The notes below the pieces were generated by a model, which ran no database searches, was not told where the DNA came from, and saw only the letters and a program-made list of their open reading frames with translations. The translations under genes were made by a program, and so were the position numbers. From an uncultured SAR86 cluster bacterium (GTDB taxonomy: Bacteria; Pseudomonadota; Gammaproteobacteria; Magnimaribacterales; AG-339-G14), in the NCBI GenBank assembly GCA_949373255.1, contig CASICS010000008.1, forward strand, positions 63,591 to 127,590: 64,000 nucleotides of DNA. The letters are read 5' to 3'. Numbering within the stretch: the first letter of the stretch is position 1; each line of letters begins with the position of its first letter. Of the stretch, positions 9,980-19,706 are shown one piece after another.

Positions 9980-11386
9980 TTAGACGCTGTAGTACATATC
10001 AAATTCTACAGGGCTAGTCGTTTGGTTTAAGTAAGTAACATCTTCAGATTTAAGAGCAATGTATCCGTCAATCAAATCATTTGAAAAAACATCTCCTTCT
10101 TTAAGAAAAGCTCTATCTTTATCTAAAGCGCCAAGAGCTTCTTCAAGAGATTTTGCAACGGTTGGATACTTTTTAGCCGACTTTTCAGGGTTTTCAAAGA
10201 GATCTTCATCTCCAGGACCAACAGGTTCAATCTTATTTTTAATTCCATCTAAACCAGCCATTAATAATGCTGAAAAACATAAATATGGATTAGCTGTTGA
10301 ATCAGGAAATCTAACTTCTATTCTTCTGGCTTTTGGAGAGTCAACCCAAGGAATTCTTATAGCTGCAGATCTATTTCTAGCTGAATAGGTAAGGATTGTA
10401 GGCGCTTCAAAACCAGGGATCAGTCTTTTGTAGCTATTAGTTGAGGCATTGGTAAATGCATTAAGAGCTTTACCATGTTTTATAATCCCACCTATATACC
10501 AAATTGCTTCTTGAGATAACTCAGAGTAACCATCTTTATCATAAAAAATAGGTTCTCCATTTTTAAATAAGGACTGATGAACATGCATCCCATTTCCATT
10601 ATCGCCAACTAAAGGTTTAGGCATAAAAGTAGCTGTTTTACCGTATGCAGCGGCAGCATTATGTACACAGTATTTGTAAGTCTGAACTTCATCAGCTTTA
10701 CGAACCAAAGTATTAAATTTTGCTCCAATTTCACACTGACCAGCTGTAGCCACTTCATGATGATGCACTTCTATTCCAAGGCCCATTTCTTGCATAGATT
10801 CACACATAGAAGATCTAATTTCATGAAGGGAATCAACTGGAGGCACTGGGAAATAGCCGCCTTTAATACCTGGTTTGTGAGCTAAATTTCCTCCATCATA
10901 CTTAGCTCCGGTTTCCCAAGCGGCTTCTTCTGATCCAATTTCGAAAAAATTACCTTTCATTTGGACGTCATATCTAACATCATCAAAAATAAAAAATTCA
11001 TTTTCAGGTCCAAAGTAAGCTGTATCTCCTACACCAGAATCTTTCATATATTCTTCTGCTTTTTCTGCTGTAGACCTAGGACATCTTGAATATCCTTTCA
11101 TTGTAGACGGCTCTATTACGCTGCAAGTAACATTAAGGGTAGGAGCCTCAAAAAATGGATCCATTACTGCCGTATTTTCATCTGGCATGAGAATTTGATC
11201 GGACTCATCGATTGACTTCCAGCCGGCTACCGATGAGCCATCAAACATTTTTCCTGATTTTAAAAAATCAGTATCCACCTCTTCTGAGGCAACAGTTACA
11301 TGTTGCTCTTTACCCTTTGTATCCGTAAATCTTAGATCAACCCATTTAACGTCATTAGATTTAATCAGATCTATAATTTTGGACAT
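9980..11386 (-). CDS. glnA: Glutamine synthetase type I (GlnA)
   Basis: 468 aa; [27 protein letters not shown] motifs; collinear with E. coli GlnA. Residue 397 is Phe (see findings). Confidence 0.95.
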   Translation of the reverse strand: MSKIIDLIKSNDVKWVDLRFTDTKGKEQHVTVASEEVDTDFLKSGKMFDGSSVAGWKSIDESDQILMPDENTAVMDPFFEAPTLNVTCSVIEPSTMKGYSRCPRSTAEKAEEYMKDSGVGDTAYFGPENEFFIFDDVRYDVQMKGNFFEIGSEEAAWETGAKYDGGNLAHKPGIKGGYFPVPPVDSLHEIRSSMCESMQEMGLGIEVHHHEVATAGQCEIGAKFNTLVRKADEVQTYKYCVHNAAAAYGKTATFMPKPLVGDNGNGMHVHQSLFKNGEPIFYDKDGYSELSQEAIWYIGGIIKHGKALNAFTNASTNSYKRLIPGFEAPTILTYSARNRSAAIRIPWVDSPKARRIEVRFPDSTANPYLCFSALLMAGLDGIKNKIEPVGPGDEDLFENPEKSAKKYPTVAKSLEEALGALDKDRAFLKEGDVFSNDLIDGYIALKSEDVTYLNQTTSPVEFDMYYSV

Positions 11387-11400
11387 TTTTTTATAAAAAG

Positions 11401-12381
11401 TTACTTAGTTAATGTTCCAACAATATGTGAAAGTATTTTGTATGGATCTGCATTAGATGCAGGTCTTCTATCCTCTAAGTAGCCATTCCAGTTATGTTCA
11501 ACAGTGTAGACAGGAATTCTAATGCTTGCCCCTCTATCACTAACACCATATGAAAATTGATCAATACTTTGAGTTTCGTGAAGACCAGTAAGTCTCATTT
11601 CATTATCTGAACCATAAGCCTCAATTCCTTCTTTATGAACTTCGCCTAATTTTTCACACATTGATGAAAATAGTTCTTCAGAACCACTAGATCTCATTGC
11701 TTCGTTTGAGAAGTTAGTATGCATTCCCGATCCATTCCAATCTCCTGTTTTGGGTTTTGGATGAATATTAACGCCAACACCATATTCTTCTGCTATTTTG
11801 TACAAAAGATATCTACTAACCCATAAATCATCTGCTGCTTTGATACCTTTTCCAAGACATTGATACTCCCATTGACCTAAAGCTACTTCAGCATTGGTTC
11901 CAGTTAAAGTTATTCCAAGGTCTAAGCATGCCTGCAGATGGTCATCAGAAATTTCTCTACCAACAACATTTCCTGCTCCGACTCCACAATAATATTCACC
12001 TTGTTCTTTAGGATCTCCATCTTCCCAGCCGAGAGGCTCGCCTGTCTTTGGATCAGTAAAAAAGAACTCTTGTTCAAACCCAAACCACCAATCATCTGTA
12101 ACGACTTCAGCTGCAGCAGCTCTATAATTCGTAGGGTGAGTTGTATGATCTGCTGATTGGACTTGAGTCATTACTAAATCATGACCATTGGGATTAGAGT
12201 ATGTTTGAACTGGAATAAGGAGACAGTCTGAGCTTCCTCCCTCTGCTTGCTTTGTTGATGATCCATCAAATGACCAATCTGGTGGAGTTTTATCATCTGT
12301 TGCTTTTACCTTGCTCCTCATGAAGGGCTCTGGTTTGTATCCATCTAACCATATATATTCGTACGTTTTGTAATCTGACAT
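11401..12381 (-). CDS. glnII: Glutamine synthetase type II (eukaryote-like GSII)
   Basis: 326 aa; [45 protein letters not shown] are GSII signatures. Only 14 nt upstream of glnA on the same strand. Confidence 0.85.
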   Translation of the reverse strand: MSDYKTYEYIWLDGYKPEPFMRSKVKATDDKTPPDWSFDGSSTKQAEGGSSDCLLIPVQTYSNPNGHDLVMTQVQSADHTTHPTNYRAAAAEVVTDDWWFGFEQEFFFTDPKTGEPLGWEDGDPKEQGEYYCGVGAGNVVGREISDDHLQACLDLGITLTGTNAEVALGQWEYQCLGKGIKAADDLWVSRYLLYKIAEEYGVGVNIHPKPKTGDWNGSGMHTNFSNEAMRSSGSEELFSSMCEKLGEVHKEGIEAYGSDNEMRLTGLHETQSIDQFSYGVSDRGASIRIPVYTVEHNWNGYLEDRRPASNADPYKILSHIVGTLTK

Positions 12382-12493
12382 TTTTTTCTCCTAAAATTAA
12401 CAATCCTCTAAATGAGGCGTATTAATCTTATCAAAAAAAATGTATCTAATTAGTGCATAAATTGTACTATTTTAAAGCATTATTTGCACTAAA

Positions 12494-13060
12494 TTAACGC
12501 AAAAAATCCAATATGGAAGGGATTTTTGATTCAAAATCAGAAAATTCGTGAGATCCTTCACGATCTATGCTCATGATTGCTTTGTCGAAATAGCCAATGG
12601 TCTTTTTATGATCGAGAACCTGATCGTTTAATTTAACAAGGCAAAAATGATTTAAGGGCTCTCTTAGAATTTTAACTTTTAAGTTCAACAATTCATTGAA
12701 CATATCATTAGTAAATTCATATTCTTCGTTACTATGATAATTTACTTGAGGTCCGATTAAACCTTCCATCTTTTCAAGATGCAAGGAAATTACTGGATTG
12801 ATAGTAACTGACTTTAGGTTGTATTTATCTGACAAATAACTCGCATAAAAGCCACCTAGAGAACTTCCAATAAGCGAGGTATCTTTCGAGTCATTTTTAA
12901 TTACTTTTTCTATTTCGCTTATAGCTTTATATGGAGAATTAGGAAGGTCAATAAGATAAATCTCAAATCCAAGATTTTTAATAGCTTTGGAATTTTTTAA
13001 AATTTGAGCTTTCTTTGACTTAGAGGACGAATTAAATCCGTGCAGGTAAATGATTTTCAA
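12494..13060 (-). CDS. yqiA: YqiA-family alpha/beta hydrolase (esterase)
   Basis: 188 aa; MKIIYLHGFNSS and nucleophile elbow GSSLGG; collinear with E. coli YqiA. Follows a DUF1249 gene as in E. coli yqiB-(cpdA)-yqiA. Confidence 0.75.
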   Translation of the reverse strand: MKIIYLHGFNSSSKSKKAQILKNSKAIKNLGFEIYLIDLPNSPYKAISEIEKVIKNDSKDTSLIGSSLGGFYASYLSDKYNLKSVTINPVISLHLEKMEGLIGPQVNYHSNEEYEFTNDMFNELLNLKVKILREPLNHFCLVKLNDQVLDHKKTIGYFDKAIMSIDREGSHEFSDFESKIPSILDFLR

Positions 13061-13481
13061 GAGATCTTCCAGAATTAATACTATGAGTGAGAAAATGACT
13101 TAAAAAAGAATTCCACTGAAATCTTTCGTCTTTCGTAAAGCCGAATCTTTTGTATACAGGAAGGATTGAAATTAAACTATTATGAAATCCTTGAAATTTC
13201 ATCACTTCCGCCATTTTTGCCTCTTGATAAAGCCTAACTTCTATTTCTACATTTCCCTCCAAAGAAGAATCTTTAAAATATATATTGATATCAGTTGTGA
13301 ATTTAGAGATTTTTTTTGAAGTAATTTTTATTTCATGGAGTTTGAATTCATCTTTTGGCAGTCCATATAAAAAATTATATGTTCCACATAAATTTGGTAA
13401 AAGCTTAGAAAACAATAAGAAATTCTTTTCATAGGTAAAATGAAGCTCTTTCAGTGATAGATATTTTTTGTTTGATCGCAT
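13032..13481 (-). CDS. DUF1249 (YqiB-like) protein
   Basis: 149 aa; VRLYQEAKMAEV matches my recollection of E. coli YqiB (VRLYHDAMVAEV). Overlaps yqiA by 29 nt. Confidence 0.7.
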   Translation of the reverse strand: MRSNKKYLSLKELHFTYEKNFLLFSKLLPNLCGTYNFLYGLPKDEFKLHEIKITSKKISKFTTDINIYFKDSSLEGNVEIEVRLYQEAKMAEVMKFQGFHNSLISILPVYKRFGFTKDERFQWNSFLSHFLTHSINSGRSLENHLPARI

Positions 13482-13518
13482 TTCAACTAAGTCTACTTAT
13501 AAATAAATATTATTCAAA

Positions 13519-14151
13519 TTAGTCGTAAGAAGCCCATAGCACATTAGCAACTATCGATCTATATGGCTCCCAAGGCTTTGCTAAAAGAATCATTTCTTCT
13601 TCATTCGGCCTTTTCTTTAATTTTTTAATACCATGAAGAGCAGCTTGCAGACCCAAATCTTTTACAGGCCAAATATTATTCCTCGATAGCGAGGCAAGCA
13701 TGTAACATTCCGCCGTCCAATCTCCAATTCCTTTTATTTCACAAAGTTTTTTTCTTAAATCATCATCATCTAGTCTATGTAAAGCTCGGAAAGACAGCTC
13801 TCCCGAGATAATATGTTTAGCAAGAATTTGACAGTAATTAATCTTTTGCCTACTTAAGCCTGTTTTTTGCAAATCTTCATTTGTTAAATATAAAAATTCT
13901 TTTGGATTAAATGTATTGAGTAGTTTTTTTATTCTTAAGAAAATAGCCTTTGCTGAAGCTACAGAAAGTTGCTGCTCGGTTATAAGTCTTACTAAGCCTT
14001 CAAAACCTTTTGGGCGCCTAAAATTCCTAAAATTTGGATTTTCTTCGAATAATTTTTTTAAATCATTATCTTTTTTTGAAAGAAAAAGTACTTCTTTCTT
14101 GTAAGGATGATTTTTAAATAGTTTTGAAAGGGAGATATTTTTTTGCTTCAT
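13519..14151 (-). CDS. HhH-GPD DNA glycosylase (AlkA-like 3-methyladenine glycosylase II family)
   Basis: 210 aa; LITEQQLSVASAKAIF, helix-hairpin-helix IKGIGDWTAECYML, downstream Asp (WPVKDLGLQ). Confidence 0.7.
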   Translation of the reverse strand: MKQKNISLSKLFKNHPYKKEVLFLSKKDNDLKKLFEENPNFRNFRRPKGFEGLVRLITEQQLSVASAKAIFLRIKKLLNTFNPKEFLYLTNEDLQKTGLSRQKINYCQILAKHIISGELSFRALHRLDDDDLRKKLCEIKGIGDWTAECYMLASLSRNNIWPVKDLGLQAALHGIKKLKKRPNEEEMILLAKPWEPYRSIVANVLWASYD

Positions 14152-15259
14152 TTACGTATTTTCTTATATGTGACTCTTCTCTTATTACGAAATCATCTAT
14201 TGCAGATCTAAATCTGTCATCCGCGATCCAATGAGCCGAAAAAGTTTCAGTAGGCTTGAATCCCCGTTTTATTTTATGCTCTCCCTGAACTCCAGGATCA
14301 AATTTTTTAAGATTATTTTTAATACAATAATCAATGCCTTGATAATAACAACATTCGAAATGTAGACAATCAAACTCTTTTAAGCATCCCCAATATCTTC
14401 CATATAAATTTTCTTTGTCTTTAAAAAAGAAAGATCCACCAACTATTTTGCCCGATGATTTTTCCGTTGCCATCATGAGAACAATATTTTCAGAAAGATT
14501 ATTTATAGCTTGTTTAAAAAAATTTTCAGTTAAATAACCTTCGTGACCACTTCTTTTTAAATTTGTTGAAAGATAAAAATTGTAGAAATTATCCATTAAA
14601 TTTTGATTAAGCTCTTTACCTGAAAAGTGATTTATTTCTAGATTTTGTTGAGAGAGCTTTTCTCTTTCTTTCTTAACATTCTTTCTATGCCTGGCTCTAA
14701 AAGAATCAAGATAATCATCGAAATCTTTATAATTTTCGTTAAACCAAATGAATTGCGCATTCTTTCTCACACTTAAAGAAGATTCTTGATATGCATCTAG
14801 TTCAACTTCATCTGGAAATAAAATATGCCAAGATGAAATATTATTTATTTCTGATATTGATTTAATTGCTTCTACGATGACAGGTACCAAGTCTTTTAAT
14901 TTATAACCGTTATTAATAAGTATTCTTGGACCCGATGCAGGCGTGTGAGGAATAGAGCTTACTAACTTAGGATAATAGTCTAGGCCGTGCTGGTAAAATG
15001 CATTTGCCCAAGCATGATCGAATACAAATTCTCCTTGAGAGTGATTTTTGAGATAAAGAGGGACTGCTGCAATGATATTGCCTTTTTCTTCAACAGTTAA
15101 ATGCATGGGCACCCAACCGGAATTTTGGCCGACAGAATTTGAAGATTCAAGTAAATTTAAAAAATCATATTTAAGAAAAGGATACTCACTCTGGGGTATC
15201 AATGAATCCCAATCTTTTTTTTTAATTTCACTTATAGATTTATTAAAAATTATTTTCAA
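14114..15259 (-). CDS. FemAB-like/GNAT-fold protein (DUF482 family)
   Basis: 381 aa; PFLKYDFLNLLESS...GWVPMHL...YLKNHSQGEFVFDHAWANAF...YYPKL...PHTPASGPR is characteristic of this family. Confidence 0.7.
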   Translation of the reverse strand: MKIIFNKSISEIKKKDWDSLIPQSEYPFLKYDFLNLLESSNSVGQNSGWVPMHLTVEEKGNIIAAVPLYLKNHSQGEFVFDHAWANAFYQHGLDYYPKLVSSIPHTPASGPRILINNGYKLKDLVPVIVEAIKSISEINNISSWHILFPDEVELDAYQESSLSVRKNAQFIWFNENYKDFDDYLDSFRARHRKNVKKEREKLSQQNLEINHFSGKELNQNLMDNFYNFYLSTNLKRSGHEGYLTENFFKQAINNLSENIVLMMATEKSSGKIVGGSFFFKDKENLYGRYWGCLKEFDCLHFECCYYQGIDYCIKNNLKKFDPGVQGEHKIKRGFKPTETFSAHWIADDRFRSAIDDFVIREESHIRKYVNEAKKYLPFKTI

Positions 15260-16147
15260 TTAATTTAGGCCTATTAATACAGTAGAGAAGATCAGAGCTC
15301 CAACCCAGTTATTTTTTTTAAAAAATTTTAAGCAAGAATCTTCATGATTGAAATCAGTCGTAGATATTAAATGAATTAGATAGACACTTGTTAAAAACAT
15401 TCCTAAATAAAAAAATAAATTAATTTCTTTAGATAGACCAACCATAAAAATTATTAATAAATTAATAAAACAGCCTAGCCAGATTACGCTTTCTTCTCTG
15501 CCTTCAAAATAAATTGCTGAGCTTCCTATACCGATTGAAAGGTCATCTTTTTTATCTGTCATCGCGTAAGAGGTATCGTAAGCGAGCACCCAAAAATAGT
15601 TTCCAACAAATAATAAAAAAGCAGGAGTTGATAAATTATTCATAGTCGCAGCAAAAGCCATTAATATTCCCCCTGAAAAAGCTAGGCCCAAAACTAATTG
15701 AGGAACTTTAAAAAATCGCTTTGCTAATGGGTAAAATAAAAGAATACAAAAAAGGGCTAACGCTACTTTTAAAGCCAACAAATTTAAAAAAGTTAAAAGC
15801 AAGCAAGCTAGAAAGATCAAAAAACAAAATAAAATTAATGCTTCTTTTCTTGAGACAGCTCCAGAAGCAATAGGCCTGGTACTAGTTCTCAATACCTTGT
15901 TATCAAAATCTCTATCGAAATAATCATTGATGACGCAACCGGCAGATCTCATTATCAAAGTGCCTAAACAAAAAATAATAAGAAGATCAATTCTTATAAA
16001 ACCATTTCCCGCATAGATTAACGAAATTAAAGTTGGCCATAAAAGCAAGAGAGTTCCTATAGGTCTATCTAATCTCATAAGATAGAAATAGTTTTTAATA
16101 GAATTAAGCACAGTGTTATATAATTTAGGAAAATTATAACGCACCAA
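15260..16147 (-). CDS. ubiA: 4-hydroxybenzoate polyprenyltransferase UbiA
   Basis: 295 aa polytopic membrane protein; LMRLDRPIGTLLLLWPTL and NDYFDRDFD (NDxxDxxxD). The ORF-track start is TTG; in-frame GTG alternatives lie downstream, so the start is uncertain. Confidence 0.9.
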   Translation of the reverse strand: MVRYNFPKLYNTVLNSIKNYFYLMRLDRPIGTLLLLWPTLISLIYAGNGFIRIDLLIIFCLGTLIMRSAGCVINDYFDRDFDNKVLRTSTRPIASGAVSRKEALILFCFLIFLACLLLTFLNLLALKVALALFCILLFYPLAKRFFKVPQLVLGLAFSGGILMAFAATMNNLSTPAFLLFVGNYFWVLAYDTSYAMTDKKDDLSIGIGSSAIYFEGREESVIWLGCFINLLIIFMVGLSKEINLFFYLGMFLTSVYLIHLISTTDFNHEDSCLKFFKKNNWVGALIFSTVLIGLN

Positions 16148-16157
16148 GATTTACATT

Positions 16158-16349
16158 ATGGAAGAATATAAAAAATGGGAATGTATCGTATGCGGTTGGA
16201 TATACGACGAAGAAGAAGGATTGCCCGAAGAGGGAATAGCTCCTGGAACTAAATGGGATGATGTTCCGGTAGATTGGGTTTGTCCCGATTGCGGAGTAGG
16301 AAAAGAAGACTTTGATATGGTTCCTTTTGAAGGCGGGAAAAGCTACTAA
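16158..16349 (+). CDS. Rubredoxin
   Basis: 63 aa; two CxxCG knuckles (CIVCGWIYDEEEG and WVCPDCG) with a conserved aromatic core. Confidence 0.9.
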   Translation: MEEYKKWECIVCGWIYDEEEGLPEEGIAPGTKWDDVPVDWVCPDCGVGKEDFDMVPFEGGKSY

Positions 16350-16353
16350 AGTT

Positions 16354-17598
16354 ATGTCTTTTACAGCCAAGATTTTGCTAGCTATGTTTCTGGGCATAGC
16401 CTTAGGAAGCTTATTAAACAGTTTGCAGGGCTTTGCCTTCACTACTTTTATTTATGATTATCTAGTTTTAGGTCTTTTTGATGGATTAGGGCAAATCTTT
16501 ATAAATTTATTAAAGCTACTTGTGGTTCCCCTAGTTTTTGTTTCTTTGGTTTGTGGAGTAGGTCAGGTTAAATCAGGCTCACAATTAGGATCTATTAGTC
16601 TTAAAGCAGTATCTTTGTATCTGTTGACCACTGCTTTTGCTATTTTTAGTGCTTTATTGATTGCATCTTTCTTTAATCCTGGAAAGGGTATGAACATCGA
16701 AGGGTCAAATTCTTTTATTGCTCCAGCAGCGCCCTCATTAAAAGAGACATTTATAAATATTTTTCCTTCCAACCCAGTTAGCTCAATGGCAGAAGGAAAT
16801 ATGCTTCAGATAATTGTCTTCGCTTTGCTCTTTGGTTTTGGACTATTAAAATTAGGTGATTCTGGCCAAAAGGTTAGAGTCTTTTTTGATGATCTTTACA
16901 AAGTAATCTTAGAAATTGTAAATGTAGTTATTTGGATATCTCCAATAGGGGTTTTTTGTCTGCTCTTTAATATTTTTGCATCTCTAGGAATAAGCATTAT
17001 TCTTGATTTAATAAATTACTTTTTAGTCCTTTCTTCAATTTTAATTTTCCATGCTTTCTTTACCTATAGCTTGTTATTAATTGGTTTGAGTAATTTAAGC
17101 CCAATTACTTTTTTTTCAAAAATGCGAGAAACTATGTTGTTTGCTTTTAGCACCTCATCAAGTAGCGCAACCATGCCAATTACTTTAAAAGCTGTTGAAG
17201 AAAAATTAGGAGTAGGAAAATCGATAAGTTCGTTTTGTATTCCATTGGGCACAACAATTAATATGGATGGAACTGCAATAATGCAGGGAGTAGCAACTGT
17301 ATTTATTGCTCAGGCATATTCTATAGATTTAACTTTGGTTGAGTATTTAATGGTAATTTTAACTGCAACTTTAGCCTCAATTGGAACTGCTGGAGTGCCA
17401 GGAGTAGGACTCATTATGTTGGCAATGGTTCTTCAGCAAGTAGGCCTGCCAGTTGAGGGAATAGCCTTAATAATTGGAGTGGATAGATTGTTGGATATGC
17501 TGAGAACTGCAGTTAATGTTTCGGGAGATGCAATGGTTGCGTGTATCGTTGCCAAATCTGAAGGTCAACTGGATGAAAGTATTTTTATAGAAAAATAG
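16354..17598 (+). CDS. Dicarboxylate/amino acid:cation symporter (DAACS family)
   Basis: About 414 aa from ATG 16354 (MSFTAKILLAMFLGIALG...), polytopic. SSSATMPIT and NMDGTA motifs are typical of GltP/DctA-type carriers. The ORF-track start at 16312 would overlap the rubredoxin gene. Confidence 0.85.
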   Translation: MSFTAKILLAMFLGIALGSLLNSLQGFAFTTFIYDYLVLGLFDGLGQIFINLLKLLVVPLVFVSLVCGVGQVKSGSQLGSISLKAVSLYLLTTAFAIFSALLIASFFNPGKGMNIEGSNSFIAPAAPSLKETFINIFPSNPVSSMAEGNMLQIIVFALLFGFGLLKLGDSGQKVRVFFDDLYKVILEIVNVVIWISPIGVFCLLFNIFASLGISIILDLINYFLVLSSILIFHAFFTYSLLLIGLSNLSPITFFSKMRETMLFAFSTSSSSATMPITLKAVEEKLGVGKSISSFCIPLGTTINMDGTAIMQGVATVFIAQAYSIDLTLVEYLMVILTATLASIGTAGVPGVGLIMLAMVLQQVGLPVEGIALIIGVDRLLDMLRTAVNVSGDAMVACIVAKSEGQLDESIFIEK

Positions 17599-17663
17599 TA
17601 ATAGTTAATCAATGAAATTGACTATACTTTCTGTTAAATTAGCGTTTTTTAAGGAGAAATTTT

Positions 17664-19661
17664 ATGGAATCGATGTTGTTTATTCCCCCAGTATTTGGAG
17701 TAGCAGGTTTATTAGTTGCACTTTTTATTTATTTTTTGCTGCTTCAGTATGATGGAGGCACAGATAAAGTAAAAAAAATAGCTGATCAAATTCATTTAGG
17801 CGCCATGGTATTTATGCGTCGAGAATATACATATTTATTCTATTTCGTCTCTGTTTTAATCATTCTTTCTTATTTCGCTCTCGGAGCTAATACTGCTATT
17901 GCAGTTACAGCTGGAGCTATTTCGTCTGCTTTAGCGGGATGGTTAGGAATGTTTTCAGCTACAAAAGCAAATTCTAGAACAGCTACCGCTGCTGCAGATC
18001 ATGGAGCAAAAACAGCTCTTTCTGTAGCTTTCTACGGCGGTTCCATAATGGGACTATGCGTAGCTTCTTTAGGTTTAGTTGGATTAGGAGGCCTTTATTT
18101 TTATTTTGGTGGAGATCCTGATACAGCAAGATCTATTGAAGGTTTTGGAATGGGGGCATCTTGTGTTGCCTTATTCTCAAGAGTTGGTGGAGGAATTTTT
18201 ACTAAAAGTGCCGATGTTGGAGCTGATTTAGTGGGAAAACTAGAAGCAGGAATTCCTGAGGATGATCCTAGAAATCCTGGCGTAATAGCAGATAATGTTG
18301 GCGATAATGTTGGCGATGTTGCCGGTATGGGATCAGATATTTTTGAATCATACTGTGGAGCAATGATTGCTTCGATAGCCATTGCTGCGACTCTTGATGA
18401 TTCAGGAAGAATGCTTTTGCCTTTAGCACTAGCATCAATTGGTTTAGTAGCTTCTATATTAGGAATATTTATTGTTAAAGCTGTAGCTTCATTAGATGCT
18501 GCAACAGCATTAAGAACCGGAACAATAGGCTCAGCAGTTTTATTTATAATTGCAGCATACTTCTTAACCGAAGCAATGCTTGGAGAAGACGGCTTAAATG
18601 TATGGCTTGCTGTATTAACTGGAGCAGTTGGAGGAGTTTTAATAGGGTTAATTACTGAGTATTACACTGGAAGCTCTCCTGTCGTTAAAATTGCAGAATC
18701 TGGAGAAACGGGTGCTGCTACAGTTATGATTACAGGATTAGCAGTAGGCATGCAGTCTGTTGTTTTACCTATTTTAGTTTTAGCTTCAATTATTTGGATA
18801 TCTACTTCTTTGACTGGCCTTTACGGCGTAGGAATTGCAGCAGTAGGAATGTTAGCTACAGTAGGAATCACCATGGCAATCGATGCATATGGACCAGTTG
18901 CTGATAATGCAGGCGGTATTGCTGAGATGGCTGGCATGGGAGAAGAAACAAGGAAAATTACGGATTCATTAGATGAAGTTGGAAATTCTACCGCAGCTAT
19001 TGGAAAGGGTTTTGCAATTGGAGCTGCTGCATTAGCCGCACTAGCAATCATTGCAGCATTTGTAGAAACAGTTACCCATAATAGAGAGTTACAAAATCTT
19101 CCAGAATTTGTGCTGCTCCTTTCAGATCCAAAAGTATTAGTTGGAATGTTTATTGGAATTTCAATTCCCTTTTTAATTTCATCTATCACTATGACCGCTG
19201 TCGGCGATGCAGCTTTTGAAATGATCAATGAAATTAGAAGGCAGTTTAGAGAAATTCCAGGATTACTAGAAGGGACTGCTGAGCCCGACACTGCAAAATG
19301 TGTAGATATAGCAACTTCAGCAGCATTAAAGAAAATGCTTCTTCCAGGCTTTATAGCGGTCGGAGCTCCAGCTGTAGTAGGTTTTGGATTAGGAGCAGAG
19401 TCCTTAGGAGGAATGCTTGGCGGAGGCTTAGTTGGTTGTGTCTCTATGGCTTTAATGATGGCCAATGCAGGAGGCGCATGGGATAACGCTAAAAAATATA
19501 TTGAAAAAGGAAATCTTGGTGGCAAAGGAACAGAGACTCATGCAGCAGCAGTTGTTGGAGATACTGTTGGAGATCCATTTAAAGACACCTCAGGACCAGC
19601 AATGAACATTCTTATTAATGTCATGGCGATAGTCAGTCTGGTGATCTCTCCTCTCCTCTAA
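17664..19661 (+). CDS. hppA: Membrane-integral pyrophosphatase (ion-pumping, K+-dependent subtype by motif)
   Basis: 665 aa; [54 protein letters not shown] motifs. Strong AAGGAG Shine-Dalgarno sequence upstream. Confidence 0.95.
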   Translation: MESMLFIPPVFGVAGLLVALFIYFLLLQYDGGTDKVKKIADQIHLGAMVFMRREYTYLFYFVSVLIILSYFALGANTAIAVTAGAISSALAGWLGMFSATKANSRTATAAADHGAKTALSVAFYGGSIMGLCVASLGLVGLGGLYFYFGGDPDTARSIEGFGMGASCVALFSRVGGGIFTKSADVGADLVGKLEAGIPEDDPRNPGVIADNVGDNVGDVAGMGSDIFESYCGAMIASIAIAATLDDSGRMLLPLALASIGLVASILGIFIVKAVASLDAATALRTGTIGSAVLFIIAAYFLTEAMLGEDGLNVWLAVLTGAVGGVLIGLITEYYTGSSPVVKIAESGETGAATVMITGLAVGMQSVVLPILVLASIIWISTSLTGLYGVGIAAVGMLATVGITMAIDAYGPVADNAGGIAEMAGMGEETRKITDSLDEVGNSTAAIGKGFAIGAAALAALAIIAAFVETVTHNRELQNLPEFVLLLSDPKVLVGMFIGISIPFLISSITMTAVGDAAFEMINEIRRQFREIPGLLEGTAEPDTAKCVDIATSAALKKMLLPGFIAVGAPAVVGFGLGAESLGGMLGGGLVGCVSMALMMANAGGAWDNAKKYIEKGNLGGKGTETHAAAVVGDTVGDPFKDTSGPAMNILINVMAIVSLVISPLL

Positions 19662-19674
19662 GAAATATAAAAAT

Positions 19675-19706
19675 AAAAAAGCCGGTTTAAAAGCCGGCTT
19701 TTTTTT
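19675..19706. terminator. Bidirectional rho-independent terminator between convergent hppA and recG
   Basis: AAAAAGCCGG (19676-19685), 8-nt loop, CCGGCTTTTT (19694-19703), flanked by an A-run on the left and a T-run on the right. Confidence 0.8.

Noticed and set aside
8878-10002. Longer ORF-track starts that create overlaps: ntrB 10002, DAACS 16312, ridA 22183, spoT 24332, MFS 30690, ruvX 53690
   Set aside because: In each case an in-frame ATG just downstream removes the overlap with the neighbouring gene and matches the conserved N-terminus of the family. Several of the upstream starts are GTG or TTG.
12382-12493. Sigma-54 promoter or glutamine riboswitch upstream of glnII
   Set aside because: The best sigma-54-like string (TAGTACAATTTATGCA on the coding strand) lacks the near-invariant -24 GG. 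No GGAAGUAG-type glnA-RNA core or convincing structure is present, only a 4-bp CCTC/GAGG hairpin.
16134-16442. 102-aa minus-strand ORF overlapping the rubredoxin gene
   Set aside because: It is antisense to a textbook rubredoxin (two CxxCG knuckles), has no recognisable motifs, and bridges two real genes.
18821-19525. 234-aa antisense ORF inside hppA, plus 93-aa and 62-aa ORFs at 18101-18382 and 19298-19486
   Set aside because: The product is Pro/Ala/Ser-rich and low-complexity, which is typical of the reverse strand of a Gly/Ala-rich membrane protein gene. The hppA frame carries all the conserved motifs.
17664-19661. Higher G+C of hppA as evidence of recent horizontal transfer
   Set aside because: The enrichment is explained by Gly/Ala/Val-rich transmembrane composition (GGN/GCN codons). 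Third positions still look A/T-biased like the neighbours. Composition alone is not evidence for HGT.
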